Assembly (NCBI GenBank): GCA_964016885.1
Contig: OZ024741.1
Span: 333,312,001-333,376,000, forward strand
DNA: 64,000 bases
Source of the DNA: Eledone cirrhosa
Lineage: Eukaryota
Direction of reading: 5' to 3'
Shown here: piece by piece, positions 24,901-42,522 of the stretch
Numbering within the stretch: the first letter of the stretch is position 1
How the letters are laid out: each line of letters starts with the position of its first letter
Notes under the pieces: model-generated
What the model saw: only the letters and a program-made list of their open reading frames with translations
The model's database searches: none
What the model was told of the DNA's origin: nothing
Made by a program: the position numbers and the translations under genes

Positions 24901-27900
24901 TGGTAATGGTGTTGGTGTTGGTGTTGATGGTAGTGGTAATGGTGTTGATGGTAGTGGTAATGGTGTTGATGGTAGTGGTAATGGTGTTGATGGTAGTGGT
25001 AATGGTGTTGGTGTTGATGGTTGTGGTAATGGTGTTGGTATTGATGGTAGTGGTAATGGTGTTGGTATTGATGGTAGTGGTAATGGTGTTGGTGTTGATG
25101 GTAGTGGTAATGGTGTTGATGGTGGTGGTAATGGTTTTGGTGTTGATGGTAGTGGTAATGGTGTTGGTATTGATGGTAGTGGTACTGGTGTGGGTGTTGA
25201 TGGTAGTGGTAATGGTGTTGATCTTGCTGGTAGTGGTAATGTTGTTGGTGTTGATGGTAGTGGTAATGGTGTTGATGGTAGTTGTAATGGTATTTGTGTT
25301 GATGGTAGTTGTAATGGTGTTGGTGTTGATGGTAGTGGTAATGGTGTTGATGGTAGTGGTAATGGTGTTGATGGTAGCGGTAATAGTGTTGATGGTAGTG
25401 GTAATGGTGTTCGTGTTGATGGTAGTGGCAATGGTGTTGATGGTAGTGATAATTGTGTTGATGGTAGTGGTAATGGTGTTGATGGTAGAGGTAATGGTGT
25501 TGGTGGTACAGGTAACGGTGATGGTGTTTATGGTAATGGTGCCGATGGTAGTGGTAATGTTGTTGATGGTAGTGGTAATGGTGTTGGTGTTGATGGTAGT
25601 TGTAATGGTATTTGTGTTGATGGTAGTTGTAATGGTGTTGGTGTTGATGGTAGTGGTAATGGTGTTGATGGTAGTGGTGTTCGTGTTGATGGTAGTGGTA
25701 ATGGTGTTGATGGTAGTGGTAATGGTGTTGATGGTAGTGTTAATGGTGTTCGTGTTGATGGTAGTGGTAATGGTGTTCGTGTTGATGGTAGTGGTAATGG
25801 TGTTCGTGTTGATGGTAGTGGTAATGGTGTTGATGGTAGTGATAATTGTGTTGATGGTAGTGGTAATGGTGTTGATGGTAGAGGTAATGGTGTTGGTGTT
25901 GATGGTAATGCTGTTGATGGTAGTGGTAATGGTGTTGATGGTAGTGGTAATGGTGTTGGTGTTGATGGTAATGGTGTTGGTGTTGATGGTAGTGGTAATG
26001 GTGTTGATGGTAGTGGTAATGGTGTTGATGGTAGTGGTAATGGTGTTGATGGTAGTGGTAACTGTGTTGGTGTTGATGGTAGTGGTAATGGTGTGGGTGT
26101 TGATGGTAGTGAAAATGGTGTTGATGTTGATGGTAGTAGTAATGGTGTTGATGTTGATGGTAGTGGTAATGGTGTTGGTGTTGATGGTAGTGGTAATGGT
26201 GTTGATGGTAGTGGTAATGGTGTTGATGGTAGTGGTAATGTTGTTGGTGTTGATGGTAGTGGTAATGGTGTTGATATTAGTGGTAATGGTGTTGATGGTA
26301 GTGGTAATGGTGTTGGTGTTGATGGTAGTGTTATGGTGTTGATGGTAGTGGTAATGGTGTTGATGGTAGTGGTAATGTTGTTGGTGTTGATGGTAGTGGT
26401 AATGGTCTTGATGTTGATGGTAGTGGTAATAGTGTGGGTGTTGATGGTAGTGGTAATGATGGAAGTGGTAATGGTTTTGATGTTGATGGTAATGGTGTTG
26501 TGTTGATGGTAGAAGTAATGGTGTTGATGCTAGTGGTAATGGTGTTGGTGTTGATGGTAATGGTAATGGTGTTGATGGTAGTGGTAATGGTGTTTGTGTT
26601 GATGGTAGTGGTAATGGTGTTGGTGTTGATGGTAGTGGTAATGGTGTTGATGTTGATGGTAATGGTGTTGGTGTTGATGGTAGTGGTAATGGTGTTGATG
26701 GTAGTGGTAATGGTGTTGATGGTAGTGGTAATGGTGTTGATGGTAGTGGTAATGGTGTTGATGTTGATGCTAGTGGTAATGGTATTGATGTTGATGGTAG
26801 TGGTAATGGTGTTGATGGTGGTCGTAATGGTGTTGATGGTAGTGTTAATGGTAGTGGTAATGGTGTCTATGTTGATGGTAGTGGTAATTGTGTTGATGTT
26901 GATGGTAGTGGAAATGGTGTTGATGGTAGTGGTAATGGTGTTGGTGTTGATGGTAGTGGTAATGGTGTTGGTGTTGATGGTAGTGGTAATTGTGTTGATG
27001 TTGATGGTAGTGGTAATGGTGTTGATGGTAGTGGTAATGGTGTTGATGGTAGTGTTAATGGTGTTCGTGTTGATGGTAGTGGTAATGGTGTTCGTGTTGA
27101 TGGTAGTGGTAATGGTGTTGATGGTAGTGATAATTGTGTTGATGGTAGTGTTAATGTTGTTGATGGTAGAGGTAATGGTGTTGGTGTTGATGGTAATGGT
27201 GTTGGTGTTGATGGTAGTGGTAATGGTGTTGATGGTAGTGGTAATGGTGTTGGTGTTGATGGTAATGGTGTTGTTGTTGATGGTAGTGGTAATGGTGTTG
27301 ATGGTAGTGGTAACTGTGTTGGTGTTGATGGTAGTGGTAATGGTGTGGGTGTTGATGGTAGTGAAAATGGTGTTGATGGTGATGGTAGTAGTAATGGTGT
27401 TGATGTTGATGGTAGTGGTAATGGTGTTGGTGTTGATGGTAGTGGTAATAGTGTTGGTGTTGATGGTAGTGTTATGGTGTTGATGGTAGTGGTAATGGTG
27501 TTGATGGTAGTGGTAATGTTGTTGGTGTTGATGGTAGTGGTAATGGTCTTGATGTTGATGGTAGTGGTAATAGTGTGGGTGTTGATGGTAGTGGTAATGG
27601 TTTTGATGTTGATGGTAATGGTGTTGTGTTGATGGTAGAAGTAATGGTGTTGATGCTAGTGGTAATGTGTTTGTGTTGATGGTAATGGTAATGGTGTTGA
27701 TGGTAGTGGTAATGGTGTTTGTGTTGATGGTAGTGGTAATGGTGTTGGTGTTGATGGTAGTGGTAATGGTGTTGATGTTGATGGTAATGGTGTTGGTGTT
27801 GATGGTAGTGGTAATGGTGTTGATGGTAGTGGTAATGGTGTTGGTGTTGATATTAGTGGTAATGGTGTTGATGTTAGTGATAATGGTGTTGATGTTGATG

Positions 27901-30900
27901 CTAGTGGTAATGGTGTTGATGTTGATGGTAGTGGTAATGGTGCTGATAGTGGTGGTAATGGTGTTGATGGTAGTGCTAATGGTGTTGATGGTAGTGGTAA
28001 TGGTGTTTATGTTGATGGTATTGGTAATTGTGTTGATGTTGATGGTAGTGGTAATTGTGTTGATGGTAGTGGTAATGGTGTTGGTGTTGATGGTAGTGGT
28101 AATGGTGTTGATGGTAGTGGTAATGGTGTTGATGGTAGTGGTAGTCGTAATGGTGTTGATGGTAGTGGTAATGATGGAAGTGGTAATGGTTTTGATGTTG
28201 ATGGTAATGGTGTTGTGTTGATGGTAGAAGTAATGGTGTTGATGCTAGTGGTAATGGTGTTGGTGTTGATGGTAGTGGTAATGGTGTTGATGTTGATGGT
28301 AATGGTGTTGGTGTTGATGGTAGTGGTAATGGTGTTGATGGTAGTGGTAATGGTGTTGATGGTAGTGGTAATGGTGTTGATGTTGATGCTAGTGGTAATG
28401 GTGTTGATGTTGATGGTAGTGGTAATGGTGTTGATGGTGGTGGTAATGGTGTTGATGGTGGTGGTAATGGTGTTGATGGTAGTGCTAATGCTGTTGATGG
28501 TAGTGGTAATGGTGTTTATGTTGATGGTAGTGGTAATTGTGTTGATGTTGATGGTAGTGGAAATGGTGTTGATGGTAGTGGTAATGCTGTTGGTGTTGAT
28601 GGTAGTGGTAATGGTGTTGGTGTTGATATTAGTGGTAATGGTGTTGATGTTAGTGGTAATGCTGTTGATGTTGATGCTAGTGGTAATGGTGTTGATGTTG
28701 ATGGTAGTGGTAATGGTGTTGATAGTGGTGGTAATGGTGTTGATGGTAGTGCTAATGGTGTTGATGGTAGTGGTAATGGTGTTTATGTTGATGGTATTGG
28801 TAATTGTGTTGATGTTGATGGTAGTGGTAATTGTGTTGATGTTGATGGTAGTGGTAATGGTGTTGATGGTAGTGGTAATGGTGTTGGTGTTGATGGTAGT
28901 GGTAATGGTGTTGGTGTTGATATTAGTGGTAATGGTGTTGATGTTAGTGGTAATGGTGTTGGTGTTGATGGTAGTGTTATGATGTTGATGGTAGTGGTAA
29001 TGGTGTTGATGGTAGTGGTAATGGTGTTGATGGTAGTGGTAATGGTGTTGATGGTAATGGTAGTGGTAATGGTGTTGATGTTGATGGTAGTGGTGTTGAT
29101 GTTGATAGTAGTGGTAATGGCGTTGATGGTAGTGGTAATGGTGTTCGTATTGATGGTAGTGGTATGGTGTTGATGGTACTGATAATGGTGTTGGTTGTAC
29201 AGGTAACGGCGTTGGTGTTTATGGTAGTGGTAATGGTGTTGATGATGATGGTAATGGTGTTGATGGTAGCGGTAATGGTGTTGATGTAGATGGTAGTGAT
29301 AATGGTGTTGATGGTAGTGGTAATGGTGTTGGTGTTGGTGGTAGTGGTAATGGTGTTGATGGTAGTGGTAGTGGTGTTGATGTTGATGGTAGTGGTAATG
29401 GTGTTGATGTTGATGGTATTGGTAATGGTGTTGATGGTAGTGGTAATGGTGTTGATGGTAGTTTTAATTTTGTTGATGGTAGTGGTGTTGATGTTGATGG
29501 TAGTGGTAAAGGTGTTGGTGTTGATGGCAGTGGTAATGGTGGTGGTGTTGATGGCAGTGGTAATGGTGTTGGTGTTGATGGTAGTGGTAATGGTGGTGGT
29601 GTTGATGGCAGTGGTAATGGTGTTGGTGATGATGTTAATGGTAGTGGTAATTGAATTGATGGTAGTGTTAATGGTGTTGATGGTAATGGTAATGTTGTTG
29701 ATGGTAGTGGTAATGGTGATGATGTTGATGGTAGTGTTAATATTGTTGATGGAAGTGGTAATGGTTTTGATGTTGATGGTAATGATGTTGGTGTTGATGG
29801 TAGATGTAATGGTGTTGATGGTAGTGGTAATGGTGTTGATGTTGATGGTAGTGGTAATGGTGTTGATGGTAGGGGTAATGGTGTTGATGGTAGTGATAAT
29901 TGTGTTGATGGTAGTGGTAATGGTGTTGATGGTAGTGGTAATGGTGTTTGTGTTGATGGTAGTGGTAATGGTGTTGGTGTTGATGGTAGTGGTAATGGTG
30001 TTGATGTTGATGGTAATGGTGTTGGTGTTGATGGTAGTGGTAATGGTGTTGATGGTAGTGGTAATGGTGTTGGTGTTGATATTAGTGGTAATGGTGTTGA
30101 TGTTAGTGATAATGGTGTTGATGTTGATGCTAGTGGTAATGGTGTTGATGTTGATGGTAGTGGTAATGGTGCTGATAGTGGTGGTAATGGTGTTGATGGT
30201 AGTGCTAATGGTGTTGATGGTAGTGGTAATGGTGTTTATGTTGATGGTATTGGTAATTGTGTTGATGTTGATGGTAGTGGTAATTGTGTTGATGGTAGTG
30301 GTAATGGTGTTGGTGTTGATGGTAGTGGTAATGGTGTTGATGGTAGTGGTAATGGTGTTGATGGTAGTGGTAGTCGTAATGGTGTTGATGGTAGTGGTAA
30401 TGATGGAAGTGGTAATGGTTTTGATGTTGATGGTAATGGTGTTGTGTTGATGGTAGAAGTAATGGTGTTGATGCTAGTGGTAATGGTGTTGGTGTTGATG
30501 GTAGTGGTAATGGTGTTGATGTTGATGGTAATGGTGTTGGTGTTGATGGTAGTGGTAATGGTGTTGATGGTAGTGGTAATGGTGTTGATGTTGATGCTAG
30601 TGGTAATGGTGTTGATGTTGATGGTAGTGGTAATGGTGTTGATGGTGGTGGTAATGGTGTTGATGGTGGTGGTAATGGTGTTGATGGTAGTGCTAATGCT
30701 GTTGATGGTAGTGGTAATGGTGTTTATGTTGATGGTAGTGGTAATTGTGTTGATGTTGATGGTAGTGGAAATGGTGTTGATGGTAGTGGTAATGCTGTTG
30801 GTGTTGATGGTAGTGGTAATGGTGTTGGTGTTGATATTAGTGGTAATGGTGTTGATGTTAGTGGTAATGGTGTTGATGTTGATGCTAGTGGTAATGGTGT

Positions 30901-33900
30901 TGATGTTGATGGTAGTGGTAATGGTGTTGATAGTGGTGGTAATGGTGTTGATGGTAGTGCTAATGGTGTTGATGGTAGTGGTAATGGTGTTTATGTTGAT
31001 GGTATTGGTAATTGTGTTGATGTTGATGGTAGTGGTAATTGTGTTGATGTTGATGGTAGTGGTAATGGTGTTGATGGTAGTGGTAATGGTGTTGGTGTTG
31101 ATGGTAGTGGTAATGGTGTTGGTGTTGATATTAGTGGTAATGGTGTTGATGTTAGTGGTAATGGTGTTGGTGTTGATGGTAGTGTTATGATGTTGATGGT
31201 AGTGGTAATGGTGTTGATGGTAGTGGTAATGGTGTTGATGGTAGTGGTAATGGTGTTGATGGTAATGGTAGTGGTAATGGTGTTGATGTTGATGGTAGTG
31301 GTGTTGATGTTGATAGTAGTGGTAATGGCGTTGATGGTAGTGGTAATGGTGTTCGTATTGATGGTAGTGGTATGGTGTTGATGGTACTGATAATGGTGTT
31401 GGTTGTACAGGTAACGGCGTTGGTGTTTATGGTAGTGGTAATGGTGTTGATGATGATGGTAATGGTGTTGATGGTAGCGGTAATGGTGTTGATGTAGATG
31501 GTAGTGATAATGGTGTTGATGGTAGTGGTAATGGTGTTGGTGTTGGTGGTAGTGGTAATGGTGTTGATGGTAGTGGTAGTGGTGTTGATGTTGATGGTAG
31601 TGGTAATGGTGTTGATGTTGATGGTATTGGTAATGGTGTTGATGGTAGTGGTAATGGTGTTGATGGTAGTTTTAATTTTGTTGATGGTAGTGGTGTTGAT
31701 GTTGATGGTAGTGGTAAAGGTGTTGGTGTTGATGGCAGTGGTAATGGTGGTGGTGTTGATGGCAGTGGTAATGGTGTTGGTGTTGATGGTAGTGGTAATG
31801 GTGGTGGTGTTGATGGCAGTGGTAATGGTGTTGGTGATGATGTTAATGGTAGTGGTAATTGAATTGATGGTAGTGTTAATGGTGTTGATGGTAATGGTAA
31901 TGTTGTTGATGGTAGTGGTAATGGTGATGATGTTGATGGTAGTGTTAATATTGTTGATGGAAGTGGTAATGGTTTTGATGTTGATGGTAATGATGTTGGT
32001 GTTGATGGTAGATGTAATGGTGTTGATGGTAGTGGTAATGGTGTTGATGTTGATGGTAGTGGTAATGGTGTTGATGGTAGGGGTAATGGTGTTGATGGTA
32101 GTGATAATTGTGTTGATGGTAGTGGTAATGGTGTTGATGGTAGTGGTAATGGTGTTGGTGTTGACGGTAGTGGTAATGGTGTTGATGGTAGTGATAATTG
32201 TGTTGATGGTAGTGGTAATGGTGTTGATGGTAGAGGTAATGGTGTTGGTGGTACAGGTAACGGTGATGGTGTTTATGGAAATGGTGCCGATGGTAGTGGT
32301 AATGGTGTTGATGGTAGTTGTAATGGTGTTGGTGTTGATGGTAGTGGTAATGGTGTTGATGGTAGTGGTGTTCGTGTTGATGGTAGTGGTAATGGTGTTG
32401 ATGGTAGTGGTAATGGTGTTGATGGTAGTGTTAATGGTGTTCGTGTTGATGGTAGTGGTAATGGAGTTCGTGATGATGGTAGTGGTAATGGTGTTCGTGT
32501 TGATGGTAGTGGTAATGGTGTTGATGGTAGTGATAATTGTGTTGATGGTAGTGGTAATGGTGTTGATGGTAGAGGTAATGGTGTTGGTGTTGATGGTAAT
32601 GGTGTTGATGGTAGTGGTAATGGTGTTGATGGTAGTGGTAATGGTGTTGGTGTTGATGGTAATGGTGTTGGTGTTGATGGTAGTGGTAATGGTGTTGATG
32701 GTAGTGGTAATGGTGTTGATGGTAGTGGTAATGGTGTTGATGTGATTGTAATGGTGTTGGTGTTGATGGTAGTGGTAATGGTGTTGATGGTAGTGGTAAT
32801 GGTGTTGATGGTAGTGGTAATGGTGTTGATGGTAGTGGTAACTGTGTTGGTGTTGATGGTAGTGGTAATGGTGTGGGTGTTGATGGTAGTGAAAATGGTG
32901 TTGATGTTGATGGTAGTAGTAATGGTGTTGATGTTGATGGTAGTGGTAATGGTGTTGGTGTTGATGGTAGTGGTAATGGTGTTGGTGTTGATGGTAGTGT
33001 TATGGTGTTGATGGTAGTGGTAATGGTGTTGATGGTAGTGGTAATGTTGTTGGTGTTGATGGTAGTGGTAATGGTCTTGATGTTGATGGTAGTGGTAATA
33101 GTGTGGGTGTTGATGGTAGTGGTAATGATGGAAGTGGTAATAGGTTTTGATGTTGATGGTAATGGTGTTGTGTTGATGGTAGAAGTAATGGTGTTGATGC
33201 TAGTGGTAATGTGTTTGTGTTGATGGTAATGGTAATGGTGTTGATGGTAGTGGTAATGGTGTTTGTGTTGATGGTAGTGGTAATGGTGTTGGTGTTGATG
33301 GTAGTGGTAATGGTGTTGATGTTGATGGTAATGGTGTTGGTGTTGATGGTAGTGGTAATGGTGTTGATGGTAGTGGTAATGGTGTTGGTGTTGATGCTAG
33401 TGGTAATGGTGTTGATGTTAGTGATAATGGTGTTGATGTTGATGCTAGTGGTAATGGTGTTGATGTTGATGGTAGTGGTAATGGTGCTGATAGTGGTGGT
33501 AATGGTGTTGATGGTAGTGTTAATGGTGTTGATGGTAGTGGTAATGGTGTTTATGTTGATGGTATTGGTAATTGTGTTGATGTTGATGGTAGTGGTAATT
33601 GTGTTGATGGTAGTGGTAATGGTGTTGGTGTTGATGGTAGTGGTAATGGTGTTGATGGTAGTGGTAATCGTAATGGTGTTGATGGTAGTGGTAATGATGG
33701 AAGTGGTAATGGTTTTGATGTTGATGGTAATGGTGCTGTGTTGATGGTAGAAGTAATGGTGTTGATGTTAGTGGTAATGGTGTTGGTGTTGATGGTAGTG
33801 GTAATGGTGTTGATGTTGATGGTAATGGTGTTGGTGTTGATGGTAGTGGTAATGGTGTTGATGGTAGTGGTAATGGTGTTGATGGTAGTGGTAATGGTGT

Positions 33901-36251
33901 TGATGGTAGTGGTAATGGTGTTGATGTTGATGCTAGTGGTAATTGTGTTGATGTTGATGGTAGTGGAAATGGTGTTGATGGTAGTGGTAATGCTGCTGGT
34001 GTTGATGGTAGTGGTAATGGTGTTGGTGTTGATATTAGTGGTAATGGTGTTGATGTTAGTGGTAATGGTGTTGATGTTGATGCTAGTGGTAATGGTGTTG
34101 ATGTTGATGGTAGTGGTAATGGTGTTGATAGTGGTGGTAATGGTGTTGATGGTAGTGCTAATGGTGTTGATGGTAGTGGTAATGGTGTTTATGTTGATGG
34201 TATTGGAAATTGTGTTGATGTTGATGGTAGTGGTAATGGTGTTGATGGTAGTGGTAATGGTGTTGGTGTTGATGGTAGTGGTAATGGTGTTGGTGTTGAT
34301 ATTAGTGGTAATGGTGTTGATGTTAGTGGTAATGGTGTTGGTGTTGATGGTAGTGTTATGATGTTGATGGTAGTGGTAATGGTGTTGATGGTAGTGGTAA
34401 TGGTGTTGATGGTAGTGGTAATAGTGTTGATGGTAGTTTTAATTTTGTTGATGGTAGTGGTAATGGTGTTGATGGTAGTGGTAATGGTGTTGGCTGTTGA
34501 TGGTAGTGGTAATGGTGTTGATGTTGATGGTAGTGGTAATGGTGTTGATGGTAGGGGTAATGGTGTTGATGGTAGTGATAATTGTGTTGATGGTAGTGGT
34601 AATGGTGTTGATGGTAGTGGTAATGGTGTTGGTGTTGACGGTAGTGGTAATGGAGTTGATGTTGATGGTAGTGGTAATGGTGTTGATGGTAGTCGTAATG
34701 GTGTTGATAGTAGTGGTAATGGTGTTGATGGTAGTGGTAATGTTGTTGATGGTAGTGGAAATGATGTTTATGGTAGTGGTAATGGTGTTGATGTTAGTGG
34801 TAATGGTGTTTATGTTGATGGTAGTGATAATGGTGTTGATGTTGATGGTAATGGTAACGGTGATGTTGTTTATGGTAGTGGTAATGGTGTTGATGGTAGT
34901 GGTAAAGGTGTTTATGTTGATGGTAGTGGTAATGGTGTTGGTGTTGGAGGTAGTGGTAATGGTGTTGATGGTAGTGGTAATGGTGTTGGTGTTGATGGTA
35001 GTGTTAATTTTGTTGATGGAAGTGGTAATGGTTTTGATGTTGATGGTAATGTTGTTGGTGTTGATGGTAGAGGTAATGATGTTGATGGTAGTGGTAATGG
35101 TGTTGGTGTTGATGTCAGTGGTAATGGGGTTGATGGTAGTGATAATTGTGTTGATGGTAGTGGTAATGGTGTTGGTGTTGATAGTAGTGGTAATGGTGTT
35201 GATAGTAGTGGCAATGGTGTTGATGGTAGTGGTAATGGTGTTTATGTTGATGGTAGTGGTAATGCTGTTGATGGTAATGGTAATGGTGTTGATGGTAGTG
35301 GTAATGATGGTAGAGATAATGGTGATGATGTTGATGGTAGTGTTAATATTGTTGATCGAAGTGGTAATGGTGTTGGTGTTTATGATAGTGGTAATGGTGT
35401 TGATGTTGATGGTAGTGGTAATGGTGTTGGTGTTGATGGTAGTGGTAACGGTGTTGGTGTTGATGGTAGTGGTAATGGTGTTGGTGTTGATGGTAGTGGT
35501 GTTGATGTTGATAGTAGTGGTAATGGTGTTGATGGTAGTGGTAATGGTGTTGATGTTGATGATAGTTGTAAGGGTGTTGGTGCTGATGGTAGTGTTATGG
35601 TGTTGATGGTAGTGGTAATGATGTTGATGGTAGTGGTAATGGTGTTGATGGTAGTGGTAATGATGTTGATGGTAGTGGTAATGATGTTGATGGTAGTGGT
35701 AATGCCGTTGGCGTTGATGGTAGTGGTAATGCTGTTGCTGTTGATGGTAGTGTTATGGTGTTGATTGTTGCGGTAATGGTGTTGATGGTAGTTGTAATGG
35801 TGTTGATGTTGATGGTAATGGTGTTGATGGTAGTGGTAATGGTGTTGATGGTAGCGGTAATGGTGTTGGTGTTAATGGTAGTGGTAATGGTGTTGATGGT
35901 AGTGATAATTGTGTTGATGGTAGTGGTAATGGTGTTGATGGTAGTGGTAATGGTGTTGGTGTTAATGGTAGTGGTAATGGTGTTGATGGTAGTGATAATT
36001 GTGTTGATGGTAGTGGTAATGGTGTTGATGGTAGTGGTAATGCTGATGGTGTTGATGGTAGTGGTAATGGTGTTGATGTTGATGGTAGTGGTAATGGTGT
36101 TGATAGTAGTGGTAATGGTGTCGATGGTAGTGGTTTTGGTGGTAGTGGTAATGGTGTTGGTGGTAGTGGTAATTGTGTTGGTGGTAGTGGTAATGGTGTC
36201 GATGGTAGTGGTAATGGTGTTGGTGGTAGTGGTAATGGTGTGGGTGGTGTG
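21974..36251. repeat. ~14.3 kb satellite with 21/27-bp unit gttgatggtagtggtaatggt(gttggt)
   Basis: Continuous array; C nearly absent on the + strand; higher-order duplications. Confidence 0.97.
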
Positions 36252-36334
36252 GAGAAACAGTCACTAACAACAATGTGAAAGAACAAAACCATCAGCCACA
36301 ATAGGGAGTAAAAAAAACGAAATTTCTACAGCCT

Positions 36335-39563
<3,229 letters not shown>

Positions 39564-39931
39564 GGGGGGGGAGAAATGGACTGTGTGGGAAAGATTGAGA
39601 GACTGAGAGAATAACAGGAATGGAAAAAACAAGATATAATAAAGAAATGAAAGAAAACCATCAGTGAATATATAAAGAAAATATAAGATAGTTGAAAGAG
39701 AGTGACATGATTATTGGTTGAAATAGTTCTTTCTGAGTTCCTCATGATATGAAAAAGATATAGTTACCGAGAATACTTAGAAAGCTTCAGGTGTTGCGCT
39801 GATGTTTGGAAATGTTTCCTCTATGTTCTATCTTTCAGATGTCATCAAGAATATAGTGCTCTTTCAAAAGGAAGCCACACAAAGCTTACTCAAAGACCTG
39901 TCTTTAAATCCTCAATATATATATATATGTT

Positions 39932-40026
<95 letters not shown>

Positions 40027-40208
40027 TTGGTGGCTCTTTTGGGTGTATATCTATATATACACCCACCAGAGCAGCCACATTTTTCCTGAGTACTTCAAAG
40101 ACGTAGGTCTTGAAATCCTCAATATACAACTAGATAAATACATATATAAATATAATATATGCCCACTTAGTCAATTTTCCCTCACCACTCAAACATCTGT
40201 GTTGAAAT

Positions 40209-40285
<77 letters not shown>

Positions 40286-40339
40286 TTCTCTTCTTGCTCT
40301 TGCTTGATGAGACTGGGATTATCCTAGGTCAGTAATCCA

Positions 40340-41120
40340 TAATTTCAAACATGGAAGCCGGGCCTAGAAACAAGGGATCTTAAAGTGAACCTGATAAAGA
40401 CTAAGATCCTAGTAACTAGAAGAGAAAACAGAACCCTGAACTCCTCGTGGAAATGGCCGTGTTAAGTGTGTAGGAAAGGTGTAGCTAGAAATTCCATCCT
40501 CTGTCTCAAGTGCAAACTATGGGTACACAAGAGGTTTAGTGGGATCTCACAAAGTTTAGCTAAGAATGTTAGTTTTACATGTAGCAGCCGCAACAGAGTA
40601 GTAAGCAGCAAACGACCACAGGAAACTAGCACTGACATATCCTGGAAAGGTTTTGTAAATGCTATAGCCAGCTTCTGTTACCTGGAAGACCAAATTAGCA
40701 GTGTGTTCTGAAAGTACAGTAGCCAGAGTGACAATGGGATGGAAAGAGTTCAGGGAGCTATTACCACTGCTTTCTACAAAAGGCTTTTCCCTCAAAATGA
40801 AAAGCAGATTGTATGATGCATGCATACAAACAGCAATGCTGCATGATAGTGAAACCTGGGCACTGTGTGCAGAAGACTTGTGTAAATCGGAAAGAAATGA
40901 AGCTTGCGTACTCCGATGGATGTGTAATAGTAATTTATATGAACAGCAAAGCAGAAATAAACTGAGAGAGAAAATAGGCATAAGAGGAATCAGATGCAGT
41001 GTGTGCAGGAGAGAAAATTGCATTGGTATGGACAAGTGAGGCATATGAAGGATGAAAGCTGTATAAAAAGGTGCAGAGCGCTCAAAGTTGATGAAAGCAT
41101 TGGGATGGGGAGACCCAAGA
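40340..41120 (+). pseudogene. Degenerate RTE LINE RT fragment
   Basis: CRKGVARNSILCLKCKLWVHKR, RLYDACIQTAMLH.SETW; stops and frameshifts. Confidence 0.9.
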
Positions 41121-41179
41121 TTCCTCATTACTCAAATAAACCTTCAAGATATATGAGCCATTAAGATATATGACCACAG

Positions 41180-42300
41180 AAGCAGTAACAACAGTAACAA
41201 GTAATAACAACAAGAACAACTGCATGAGCAATGTGAACAAGAGTGACAAGTGAAACACACTCAATATGCTCATTAAACCTGCTAGAAATAACAGCCAATT
41301 CTCCCTCAGTACTCAAAAACCTGTTGGCATCATCAAGATATATAACTACTGCATTGGTATGGACATGTAATATGCATCGATGATAATTGTTGGGTGAAGA
41401 AGTGCCAAGAAATCCCGGTGGAAGCCACAGTAGGGTAGATCAAGGAAGACCTGGACACAAGTGGTGAGAGCTGATCTCAAAACACTGAGATTCACAGAGG
41501 GGATGACAAAAAAACTTGGTGAAAGAAGAGATAATATACTGAGAAAGACCTGTCCAGCTCATGCAAGCATGGAAAAATGGATGTAATGATGATGATGATA
41601 ATGATGATGATGAAGAGCAGTAACAACAACACCAAATTAAACAACTTCGATGATGTGAGCCTCCATGTGGTTATTAAACCTGCTAAAAATAGCAGCCAAA
41701 CAGTACATACTCAAAGACCTTCACATTGTTCTATGTACTGTACATGCACCTTTGATGAGTTGTAGTGCACCTAAGCACTGTACGCAATCATTTCATTATA
41801 TTATAACAACAGCAGCAACAATAACTAGTAAAATAGACTCCATGAGATGAGCCCCTATGTGGTTATTAAACTTCTTAGAAATAGCAACCAAACAAAACTT
41901 ACTGAAAGACCTGTGTAGGAATCTTTAAGATATGTAATCACAACAGCCGGAATAACAACAAGAAACTCCATATGGTTATCAAATCTGCTAGAAATAGCAA
42001 CCAATTCTCCCTCAGTACTCAAAGGCCTATATATGATTCATCGAAACATAATAATAAGAGCAACAATAACAATAACAACAATACAAATAACTAAGGAAAC
42101 AAATTCAATGAAGAGAATGTCACTCAGGTCATTGGAACTGCTAGAAACAATAGCCGATTCCTTCTTAGCACACAAATATCTATGTGTATGTGGCAGCCTT
42201 CAAGATATATAATAATAACAGTGTCAGTTATAGCAACAACAAGAATGTTACTTGCTCTGCTAGAAAGGAGAGTCAAATCTCCCTTGAATCATACTTAACT
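41180..42300 (+). repeat. Degenerate tandem copies of a ~60-bp motif, with an old RTE 3' end at 41350-41612
   Basis: gtggttattaaacctgctagaaatagcagccaa-type motif at ~41272, 41667, 41858, 41972, 42128 and 42257; tggtatggacatgt ... gcaagcatggaaaaatggatgt (atg)n. Confidence 0.7.
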
Positions 42301-42344
42301 GCTGTCCAACAAAAAGAAAGGACACATTGGATACTAGTACAACA

Positions 42345-42349
42345 ACTAT

Positions 42350-42392
<43 letters not shown>

Positions 42393-42465
42393 GCTGCTGC
42401 TACTACTACTACTTCTGCTGCTGCTGCTACTACTACTAATACTGCTGCTGCTGCTGCTGCTGCTG

Positions 42466-42522
<57 letters not shown>

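Noticed and set aside
22534-35764. 200-630 aa GVDGSGN / VLMVVVM / PSTPLPL ORFs as mucin, antifreeze or adhesive proteins
   Set aside because: Several frames on both strands are open at once, frames switch repeatedly, and no signal peptide, unique domain or splice context was found
39839-39916. Possible exon after tctatctttcag ([26 protein letters not shown])
   Set aside because: No donor before (TA)n, and the sequence resembles the degenerate repeat motif at 40070-42300
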